A stretch of 64,000 nucleotides of DNA, taken from NCBI GenBank assembly GCA_944386325.1, contig CALXAP010000003.1:2488-66487 (forward strand). The letters are read 5' to 3'. The translations under genes and the position numbers were made by a program. The notes beneath the pieces are model-generated. The model did not search any database. It worked only from the letters and a program-made list of their open reading frames with translations, and was not told the DNA's origin. Within the stretch, counting starts at the first letter, position 1. Each line of letters begins with the position of its first letter. The DNA comes from an uncultured Clostridia bacterium (GTDB lineage Bacteria > Bacillota > Clostridia > TANB77 > CAG-508). Shown here piece by piece: positions 40,423-48,522 of this stretch.

Positions 40423-42189
40423 ATGGAAACATATAGAACACATAATTGTTCAGAAATAAGAGAAGAACATGTAGGACAAAAAATAAAATTAGCAGGATGG
40501 GTACAAGTAGTACGTGATTTAGGTGGAGTTGTTTTTATTGATTTAAGAGATCAATATGGTATAACACAAATTGTTTTTTCAGGTAATGATAAATTAGTAG
40601 AAACTGCTAAGAGAATACCTAATGAATCAACTATAAGTGTATCTGGAACAGTTAGAAAAAGAGATGAAGAAACAATAAATAAAAATATTGTAACTGGATA
40701 TGTTGAATTAGCTGCAGAAAGTGTAGAAATATTAGGAAAAAGATTAAAAAATTTGCCTTTTGAAATTAATTCAGGAAAAGAAGTAAGAGAAGATTTGAGA
40801 TTACAATATAGATTTTTAGATATTAGAAATGATAGAATTAAAGAAAATATAATTTTTAGAGCAAAAGTAATTCAATATTTAAGAAATCAAATGATACAAA
40901 GAGGTTTTTTAGAGGTTCAAACACCAATATTAACTAGTTCATCACCAGAAGGCGCAAGAGATTATTTAGTACCTAGTAGAATTTACCCAGGAAAATTTTA
41001 TGCATTACCACAGGCACCGCAACAATTTAAACAATTATTAATGGTATCTGGAATAGATAAATATTTTCAAATCGCACCTTGTTTTAGAGATGAAGATGCT
41101 AGAGCAGATAGAGCTCCAGGAGAGTTTTATCAATTAGATATGGAAATGGCTTTTGCAACACAGGAAGATGTGTTTAATGTAATGGAAGAAGTAATGTATA
41201 ATGTTTTTAAAGATATGTCAGATATAGAAGTTGCTCAATATCCATTTCCAAGAATACCATATTTAGAAGCAATGGAAAAGTATGGTTCAGATAAGCCAGA
41301 TTTAAGAAATCCATTAATTATACAAGATGTTACAAATATATTTGAAAATTTAGATTTTAATGCTTTTAAAAATAAAACAGTAAAAATAATCTGTGTACCA
41401 AACGGAGGAGAAAATCCAAGAAGTTTCTTTGAGGGAATGACTGAGTATGCAATAGAAGAATGTAAAGCAAAAGGGCTAGCTTGGCTTAAAGTAAATGAAG
41501 ATTTAACACTTCAAGGACCTATTGCAAAATTTATAACACCTGAATATACAGAAAAATTATTAAATCAAATTGGTGCAAAGGCAAATGATGCATTATTCTT
41601 TATAGCCGAGCAAAAAGCAATTGCTCAAAAATTAGCAGGTCAAATTAGACAAGAATTAGGAAAAAGATTAGATTTAATAGAGAAAAATATTTATAAATTC
41701 TGTTGGATTGTAGATTTTCCAATGTATGAATTAAATGATGAAGGAAAAATTGATTTTTGTCATAATCCTTTCTCAATGCCACAAGGAGGGTTAAAAGCTT
41801 TAGAGGAAAAAGAGCCACTTGATATAGTTGCATATCAATATGATATTGTTTGCAATGGTATTGAATTATCTTCAGGAGCTGTTAGAAATCATGATCCAGA
41901 AATTATGATAAAAGCTTTTGAAATTGCAGGATATGATAAAAATGTAATTGAAGAAAAATTTCCAGCATTATTTAATGCATTTCATTATGGAGCACCACCA
42001 CATGCTGGAATAGCACCTGGAATTGATAGAATTATTATGATGCTTAGAAATGAGGAAAATATAAGAGAAATTATTGCATTCCCAATGAATAGTAAAGCAC
42101 AAGATTTATTAATGGGAGCACCAGGAAAAGTAACACAAAAGCAATTAGATGAAGTCCATATAAAAATAGATGTGAAAGATAAAAAATAA
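40423..42189 (+). CDS. aspS: aspartate--tRNA ligase
   Basis: Motifs FRDEDARADR, GIELSSGAVRNH and GAPPHAGIAPGIDR. Confidence 0.97.
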   Translation: METYRTHNCSEIREEHVGQKIKLAGWVQVVRDLGGVVFIDLRDQYGITQIVFSGNDKLVETAKRIPNESTISVSGTVRKRDEETINKNIVTGYVELAAESVEILGKRLKNLPFEINSGKEVREDLRLQYRFLDIRNDRIKENIIFRAKVIQYLRNQMIQRGFLEVQTPILTSSSPEGARDYLVPSRIYPGKFYALPQAPQQFKQLLMVSGIDKYFQIAPCFRDEDARADRAPGEFYQLDMEMAFATQEDVFNVMEEVMYNVFKDMSDIEVAQYPFPRIPYLEAMEKYGSDKPDLRNPLIIQDVTNIFENLDFNAFKNKTVKIICVPNGGENPRSFFEGMTEYAIEECKAKGLAWLKVNEDLTLQGPIAKFITPEYTEKLLNQIGAKANDALFFIAEQKAIAQKLAGQIRQELGKRLDLIEKNIYKFCWIVDFPMYELNDEGKIDFCHNPFSMPQGGLKALEEKEPLDIVAYQYDIVCNGIELSSGAVRNHDPEIMIKAFEIAGYDKNVIEEKFPALFNAFHYGAPPHAGIAPGIDRIIMMLRNEENIREIIAFPMNSKAQDLLMGAPGKVTQKQLDEVHIKIDVKDKK

Positions 42190-42413
42190 TATTTAGAATA
42201 TTTATACTATTGCCAAAATAGAATTGATTGTAAAAGGATGGTGGTAGTATAAATATTTGTTATATAAAAGAATTAGAAATAGATGATTTAAGTAATATTA
42301 GAAATAAATATAAAAAAATTATTTATTTTTTTAGAAATTTATTTTTCATAATTGGTATAGGCAAAATAGATAATAATATAATTTGTTATATACCAAAAAA
42401 TTATATAAGTTTC

Positions 42414-43196
42414 ATGAATAATTATTATTACAAAATTATAATGAGTAAAGTATGTAAAATACTATATAACAATAATATAGGAAGTGTAGTTTTATCAAAA
42501 AATTTAAAATTAAATAAGAGTATTGTAAATATAATTGAGAGTGAAGGAATAGACATTCTAGATGGAAGAGAGATATTTAAAGATTTAATTTTTAAAATTA
42601 CAAAATATATTTGTGAAATAAAAAATGAAAATATTAGTAAATGTGAATTAACATTACTAACAAATAATTTGAATAATGATATTGTAAATAATATTATGTA
42701 TTTGACAGGTAATGTTAAAGTAGTAAATATAGTTACTAATAATATAAAAGAATATAAAAATTTAGAAGAAAAAATATATGAAAAGTTTGGAATATTAATA
42801 AGAATAACTAATAATAAAAGAAAAAGTTTAGCAAGTTCTAAACTAATATTTAATTTAGATTTCCCAGAAGAAATTTTAAATGAATATTATATATATGATA
42901 GAGCAATTATAATAAATATACATAAAAAAATCAAAATTTTATCAAAAAAGTTTAATGGTATAAATATAAATTATTATAATATAGAGTTATCAAATAAATA
43001 TAAAGAATATTTTAAAAAATATAATATTTACAATAATTTTAGTAACAATGAATTATTAGAAAGTATATTGTATAATGGAAAAGATTTTTATAATAGAATT
43101 GATTTTTTAGAAGATAATAATGTTATTATATTAAATTTAATTGGTGAAAATGGAATTATAAATGAAAATAATATAAAAGATATTGACAAATTTTAA
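42414..43196 (+). CDS. hypothetical Asn/Ile-rich protein; the frame is open for about 60 more codons upstream with no canonical start
   Basis: ORF track. In-frame coding-like sequence runs from 42234. No motif recognised. Confidence 0.5.
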   Translation: MNNYYYKIIMSKVCKILYNNNIGSVVLSKNLKLNKSIVNIIESEGIDILDGREIFKDLIFKITKYICEIKNENISKCELTLLTNNLNNDIVNNIMYLTGNVKVVNIVTNNIKEYKNLEEKIYEKFGILIRITNNKRKSLASSKLIFNLDFPEEILNEYYIYDRAIIINIHKKIKILSKKFNGININYYNIELSNKYKEYFKKYNIYNNFSNNELLESILYNGKDFYNRIDFLEDNNVIILNLIGENGIINENNIKDIDKF

Positions 43197-43251
43197 AGAT
43201 TGTCTTAATATTATTAAATTAATAAGATAAGAAAAAAGGAAGGTAATATAA

Positions 43252-43728
43252 ATGGATGATAAAGAAGTTTTATTAACACAAGAAGGTTATGATAATTTAG
43301 AAAAGGAATTGGAATATTTAAAAACTGAAAAAAGAGCAGAAATTTCAGAAAGAATAAGAGTTGCTTTAGGATTTGGAGATTTGTCTGAGAATTCAGAATA
43401 TGATGAAGCAAAAAATGCACAAGCATCTAATGAAATAAAAATAACAGAATTAGAAAATAAATTAAGATATGCTAGAATTATAGATGAATCTGAAATAGAT
43501 AATAAAGTTGTTCAAGTTGGTAATAAAGTAAAAATATTAGATATTGAGTATAATGAAGAGATAGAATATACAATAGTTGGTTCAACAGAGGTTGATTTAG
43601 CACAAAATAGAATTTCAAATGAATCACCTATAGGAAAAGCTTTAATAGGTGCAAAAAAGAATCAAACAGTAGAAGTTAATGCACCTGCAGGAATTATAAA
43701 GTATAAAGTTTTGGAAATTTCTAAATAA
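43252..43728 (+). CDS. greA: transcription elongation factor GreA
   Basis: Motifs [30 protein letters not shown] and [13 protein letters not shown]. Confidence 0.95.
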   Translation: MDDKEVLLTQEGYDNLEKELEYLKTEKRAEISERIRVALGFGDLSENSEYDEAKNAQASNEIKITELENKLRYARIIDESEIDNKVVQVGNKVKILDIEYNEEIEYTIVGSTEVDLAQNRISNESPIGKALIGAKKNQTVEVNAPAGIIKYKVLEISK

Positions 43729-43808
43729 ATTAACATAAAATGCTTTATTTGGTAACAAGAATATGTTATAATATATATGTTAAATATAAGGAGAAAAGAG
43801 TTGATATT

Positions 43809-44735
43809 ATGGAAAATATAAATAAAACTTTTATTTTTGGACATAAAAATCCTGATACTGATTCTATATGTTCATCAGTTGTTATGGCAAATTTAAGGGC
43901 AAAATTAGGAGAAAATGTTGAGGCTGTTAGATTAGGTGAATTGAATAAAGAAACACAATTTGCATTTAAACATTTTGATATAGAACCACCTCGTTTAATT
44001 GATAAAGTACAACCAGGATGTAATGTTATTATGGTTGACCATAATGAGTTTTCACAAAGTGCAGATGGAATCGAAAATGCTAATATTAAAATGTTAGTAG
44101 ATCATCATCGTATTTCTGATTTTAAAACAAAAGAACCTGTTTTTTGTTTTGCAGAGCCAGTTGGTTCTACAGGTACAATATTATATAAATTATATAATAT
44201 GAACAATGTAGAAATAGATAAAAAAACAGCTTCATTAATGTTAAGTTCTATTGCTTCTGATACATTATTATTTAAATCTCCAACATGTACAGAAGAAGAT
44301 AAAAGAATTGCTAAACAATTAGAGAAAATAGCAGGCGTTGATATTAATGAATATGGTTTAGAAATGTTAAAAGCAGGAACTGATTTATCAGATATAAATG
44401 AAGATGATTTAATTAGTTTAGATGCAAAAGAATTTAATGTAGATGGAGTTAAATTTGTAATTGCTCAAATTAATACAGTTAGTATTGATGATGTATTAAA
44501 AAGACAAGAAAAAATAGAAAAAGCTATGAGCAATAAAATAAAAGAAGACAAATTAGATTTATTCTTATTTACAATAACAGACATTTTAAATGGTGACTCA
44601 GAATTCATAGCATTAGGAGATAGAACAGACTTAGTAGATAAAAGCTATAAATTAGAAGATAATAAAGCATTTGCAGAAGGTGTTGTTTCAAGAAAGAAAC
44701 AAATATTACCTATGGTTACAAAAAATATTGGTTAA
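43809..44735 (+). CDS. ppaC: manganese-dependent inorganic pyrophosphatase (family II, DHH)
   Basis: Motifs FGHKNPDTDSICS, MVDHNE and VDHHR. ATG at 43809 follows AAGGAGAA. Confidence 0.93.
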   Translation: MENINKTFIFGHKNPDTDSICSSVVMANLRAKLGENVEAVRLGELNKETQFAFKHFDIEPPRLIDKVQPGCNVIMVDHNEFSQSADGIENANIKMLVDHHRISDFKTKEPVFCFAEPVGSTGTILYKLYNMNNVEIDKKTASLMLSSIASDTLLFKSPTCTEEDKRIAKQLEKIAGVDINEYGLEMLKAGTDLSDINEDDLISLDAKEFNVDGVKFVIAQINTVSIDDVLKRQEKIEKAMSNKIKEDKLDLFLFTITDILNGDSEFIALGDRTDLVDKSYKLEDNKAFAEGVVSRKKQILPMVTKNIG

Positions 44736-44750
44736 AATAAATAAAACGAA

Positions 44751-44793
44751 AAATATAGTCAAAGATAAAAAATTATCTATGGCTATATTTTTT
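44751..44793 (+). terminator. rho-independent terminator
   Basis: AAATATAGTC..GGCTATATTT long stem followed by a T-run. Confidence 0.75.
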
Positions 44794-44915
44794 GCATTAT
44801 AGGAAATGAAATTTATTATAATGTAAAAAATATTAATAAAAACTGCTACCTTTTATAAAAATGTGTCAATATATATATATAAGGTATCTTAAATAAAAAG
44901 GAGTTTAGATCTAAA

Positions 44916-45464
44916 TTGGAAGGTAAAGAAATAAAATACTATAAAAATGATGGAATACTAGATATAGAAAAAATAATTCAAGAATATAGTGCATATGTAT
45001 ACAAGATAGTAACAAATATTTCATTGAATAAATTATCTAATGAAGATATTGAAGAAATAATTTCAGATACATTTTTTATATTATGGAAAAATAAAGATAA
45101 ATTGTATGAGGATAGATTAATTAGTTCATATATAGCAGGTATTACAAAAAATTTGATTAAGGAAAAGTTTAGAAAAGTAAAGATAAATTCTAATATAGAA
45201 GATTATGAAAATAATATATTAGATTTTAGGCAGATAGATATGATATATGAACAAAGAGAAAAAATAAGAGTAATTGAAAAAATTTTAAAAAGTATGAAGA
45301 AAGAAGATATTGATATATTTAATATGTATTATTATTTAGGAATGAAAATAAAAGATATTTCAAATAAATTAAATGTTTCTGAATTTAAAATAAAATCTAA
45401 ATTATATAGAATAAGAAAAAATATAAGAAAAGAATTTAAGGAAGGTGGGTATAGTAATGAATAA
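44916..45464 (+). CDS. ECF-type sigma-70 family factor
   Basis: Region 2 (EEIISDTFFILWKN) and region 4 HTH (IKDISNKLNVSEFKIKSKLYRIRK). Confidence 0.8.
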   Translation: MEGKEIKYYKNDGILDIEKIIQEYSAYVYKIVTNISLNKLSNEDIEEIISDTFFILWKNKDKLYEDRLISSYIAGITKNLIKEKFRKVKINSNIEDYENNILDFRQIDMIYEQREKIRVIEKILKSMKKEDIDIFNMYYYLGMKIKDISNKLNVSEFKIKSKLYRIRKNIRKEFKEGGYSNE

Positions 45465-46578
45465 GAATTTAGAAAACTCAATAAAAGATAAGGTGAAATT
45501 AAAAATATCTATATCCAATTTCCAAAAGGAGGATATAGGGTATATGAAAAAAGGTAGTAGAAATATTATGAAGTCAGCAGCTGTAGCTTGCTTATTAGTA
45601 GTTTCTGTAACAGGAGTTGCTTTTGCAGGAAGTATTTCTGATTTTGTAAAAAATTTATTTGGATTTAATGTAAGTAATGGAGTAGATTCAGCTGTTGAAA
45701 ATGGTTATGTAGCAAATGTTAATACAGAATATCAAAATGCAGATGGAATTGAAATAAGTGTAGATTCAATGATAATGGATGATTTTAATTTCGCAATGAA
45801 TTTTAATGTGAAATTAGACTCTAATAAATATAAAATAGATGATTTTGAAAATATGACTTTTGAGGATTTAAAAATAGTAGATGAGACAGGAAAGATTGTA
45901 TTTAATACAAGAAGTGTTTTTGATACAGATGAAGAGGTAGAAAATTCATATAAAGGTTCTTACAGTATAGTTCCAACAAAGAAAAGTGATAGTGAAATAA
46001 TAGTTTATTTAACTGCGACAACAGGCAATACAGAAGAATTTCCTAAAAGTAAACATTTAACTGTTAATTTACCTAAAATAGTTATAAAGGAAAATGGATT
46101 AGAAGAAAGTAAAGCTATAGAATATGAAGGAAATTGGAAATTTGATATTGATGTTCCAAAAGATATATATAATAGAGAAACTATAATATATAAAGCAAAA
46201 AATTGTAGTGATAGTGGCATAAATATAGAAAATATAAATGCAGTTTTATCTGTTACTTCATTAAAAATATCAATTCCTGAAATAGTGACAGATAAGGTAG
46301 ATTATGAATTATATCGTGGTACGCCAACTAACATTAGTGATAAAATGGCAATTCAAAGAGAATATGTAGAAACATCAGATGGAAAAATATTCGAAACATC
46401 ACAAAGAAGTGACGGTGATGGAGGATATGGAGTACCAAAAGGGGAAAACAAAATAGTAGATTATCATCAAACATTCAATTTAACAAAATATGATGCGACA
46501 GACACAATAAAAGTTCACATGTTTACAAATAAAGGAGAGGAAATAATAATTGAATTAGAAAAAACAATATTAGAATAA
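45457..46578 (+). CDS. putative anti-sigma factor (DUF4179-like), single-pass membrane protein
   Basis: Overlaps the sigma gene stop by 8 nt. TM helix SAAVACLLVVSVTGVAFA. Beta-rich ectodomain. Confidence 0.65.
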   Translation: MNKNLENSIKDKVKLKISISNFQKEDIGYMKKGSRNIMKSAAVACLLVVSVTGVAFAGSISDFVKNLFGFNVSNGVDSAVENGYVANVNTEYQNADGIEISVDSMIMDDFNFAMNFNVKLDSNKYKIDDFENMTFEDLKIVDETGKIVFNTRSVFDTDEEVENSYKGSYSIVPTKKSDSEIIVYLTATTGNTEEFPKSKHLTVNLPKIVIKENGLEESKAIEYEGNWKFDIDVPKDIYNRETIIYKAKNCSDSGINIENINAVLSVTSLKISIPEIVTDKVDYELYRGTPTNISDKMAIQREYVETSDGKIFETSQRSDGDGGYGVPKGENKIVDYHQTFNLTKYDATDTIKVHMFTNKGEEIIIELEKTILE

Positions 46579-46670
46579 TGTATAATAATAGCAAATCGGA
46601 AAGTCTTATAATTAATATTAAATTTAAAATTTCACTTTGGCTTTCAGTAAATTTGTATAAAAGATAAACC

Positions 46671-46770
46671 GTGTAAGAAGGATATATATAATGATTCATT
46701 GTCAAAATGATAGCTGGGGTCTTCCTAAATGCCTTTGACTTCTAAATCATTATATATATCCTTCTTACAC
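46671..46770. repeat. perfect 26-bp inverted repeat around a 48-nt spacer
   Basis: GTGTAAGAAGGATATATATAATGATT at 46671-46696 and AATCATTATATATATCCTTCTTACAC at 46745-46770. The spacer holds an inner GTCAAA/TTTGAC stem. Confidence 0.9.
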
Positions 46771-46845
46771 TACTCTATTTATTAAAACAATATGTAAAAA
46801 GTTTGTAAATAATATAAGAAATTCAAAATTTGTTCAATATTAAAT

Positions 46846-46940
46846 CCTCCGGACACATGAGTATATTTAAAATAATCAAAAATTATTCACCATTCACTAT
46901 TCATTATTCACCGCAACCGAAGGTTGCACTCATAACCCTA
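46846..46940 (+). repeat. leader cassette C, copy 1 (ATG 46857, 4 ATTCAYY heptamers at 46885-46912, GCAACCGAAGGTTGC hairpin)
   Basis: Direct repeat of 47053-47143. Encodes MSIFKIIKNYSPFTIHYSPQPKVALITLP, ending at TAG 46944-46946. Confidence 0.85.
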
Positions 46941-46984
46941 CCATAGCAAAATACAATATTTAACACATATAAATAGTAGAAAAA

Positions 46985-47040
46985 CAGCTGTAGGGGCGAA
47001 CAGTGTTCGCCCGCGCTCCAAAGATATTTCTCGAAAAAAT
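46985..47040. repeat. B-family GC-rich hairpin module
   Basis: AGCTGTAGGGGCGAACAGTGTTCGCCCGC followed by AAAGATATTTCTCGAAAAAAT. Confidence 0.85.
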
Positions 47041-47052
47041 GAAAAACAAAAA

Positions 47053-47143
47053 CCTCCAAACACATGCGCATACTTAAATTATTCATCATTCACCATTCAC
47101 TATTCATCATTCATCGCAACCGAAGGTTGCAGTCATAACCCTA
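47053..47143 (+). repeat. leader cassette C, copy 2 (ATG 47064, 5 ATTCAYY heptamers at 47081-47115, GCAACCGAAGGTTGC hairpin at 47116-47130)
   Basis: Lies 207 bp downstream of copy 1. It runs directly into the in-frame TM-anchor coding sequence of the LRR gene. Confidence 0.85.
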
Positions 47144-47221
47144 ATCCTGCTACTAATACTAGCAGGGCTAACAATAAGCTACATAACAGGAGGGGGCTTA
47201 ATAGACAAAACACAGGTTGCA

Positions 47222-48388
47222 ATGAACGAATATGAAAATGCAGATAAAAAACAGCAAGATATAATAGATGAAATAAACGAAAAAAATAAAGAAGAAATAG
47301 ATCTAGAACCAGTATATAGTGAAGAAGGAGCAGAAGACAATATAGCACCAGCAGATTTATTTGAATATGAAATAATAAATGATGGGTCAGTTGCAACAAC
47401 ATATATGGATAAATTGCCAACAAAAACAGTAAGAATAAAAGGAATAAAACCAGAATATTGTAATGTAAATGGATATGATCCAATAAAAGATGAAACAAAT
47501 CCAGAATTAACAAATACATTTTATGAAATAATTTATAATGGAAACAAAATAGAAGATGTATTAATTATACCATATGAGGTAGAATTAGATGAAAATGCAA
47601 ATGTAACAGAAAATGGAGAAATGTATAAAGTAACAGAAGTAGATTTGTCTGTTATATCACATTATTCATATATGGATCGAAAATATGGTTCAGTGTTTCC
47701 AGATGTAAAAAAAATAGTATATCCTAATACAGTAGAAAAAATAAATATAAGAAATGATTATTCTATTACATTATATGCAGGAAATAATCAATTATCAACT
47801 AAACCACAAGAGTTTATATTGTCTAGAAGTTTAACTAACATACCGAATTATACATTTGCAGCCTGCAAAGATTTAAAAAGTATAGATATACCAGATAGTG
47901 TAACAAGCATAGGAAATTATGCATTCAATAGAGCTGGTATAACAAATATAAAGATATCAGATAGTGTAACGAATATAGGTAGTTATGCATTTTCAGAGTG
48001 TGATGCATTAAATAATATTATTATACCATATGGAGTAACAAGTATAGAAAATGGTACATTTTCAGATTGTTCTTCATTAAGTAATATTATAATACCAAAT
48101 AGTGTAACCAATATAGGTGATTATGCATTCAGGTGGTGTGATAAATTAAATAATATTATTATACCTGATGATGTAACAAGCATAGGAGAAAGTGCATTTG
48201 ATAGCTGCAATTCATTAAATAGTATAGTAATACCAGATAGTATAGAATATATAGGAGACGGTGTTTTTTGGGATTGGGAATCTAATCAAACAATATATTT
48301 TAAATGTCCAGAAAGTAGCTCAGAAAATTGGGATCCTAATTGGGATAATGGTTGCGATGCAAAAATAGTTTGGGATTATAAGGAATAA
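47222..48388 (+). CDS. BspA-type leucine-rich repeat surface protein; the true 5' end is unresolved
   Basis: Repeats IPDSVTSIGNYAF, ISDSVTNIGSYAF, IPYGVTSIENGTF, IPNSVTNIGDYAF and IPDDVTSIGESAF. ATG 47222 has no RBS, and the frame stays open back to 47078, encoding a TM helix. Confidence 0.8.
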   Translation: MNEYENADKKQQDIIDEINEKNKEEIDLEPVYSEEGAEDNIAPADLFEYEIINDGSVATTYMDKLPTKTVRIKGIKPEYCNVNGYDPIKDETNPELTNTFYEIIYNGNKIEDVLIIPYEVELDENANVTENGEMYKVTEVDLSVISHYSYMDRKYGSVFPDVKKIVYPNTVEKINIRNDYSITLYAGNNQLSTKPQEFILSRSLTNIPNYTFAACKDLKSIDIPDSVTSIGNYAFNRAGITNIKISDSVTNIGSYAFSECDALNNIIIPYGVTSIENGTFSDCSSLSNIIIPNSVTNIGDYAFRWCDKLNNIIIPDDVTSIGESAFDSCNSLNSIVIPDSIEYIGDGVFWDWESNQTIYFKCPESSSENWDPNWDNGCDAKIVWDYKE

Positions 48389-48391
48389 TGA

Positions 48392-48440
48392 AAAATACTC
48401 ATCATATGTTATTTTATATAATATATGGTGAGTATTTTTT
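48392..48440 (+). terminator. rho-independent terminator
   Basis: AAATACTCATCATAT / ATATGGTGAGTATTT stem followed by a T-run. Confidence 0.8.
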
Positions 48441-48522
48441 ATTTTAATATTTACAATAATTTAAAAAATAAGTATAATGTTAATGAAAAGATTACAAAAG
48501 AAGGGAAAAAGAGAATATAAAT

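Noticed and set aside
46671-46770. The 26-bp inverted repeat as an invertible promoter (phase-variation switch).
   Set aside because: The segment between the repeats is only 48 nt and contains no recognisable promoter. No recombinase gene is in the window. Known clostridial invertible elements are several-fold longer.
46992-47011. The B-family palindromes CGAACAGTGTTCG as genuine LexA (Cheo) boxes.
   Set aside because: The half-site spacing is N3, not the canonical N4. The copies lie in terminator-like or inter-operon positions rather than over promoters. I kept this only as a testable aside in the repeat-family finding.
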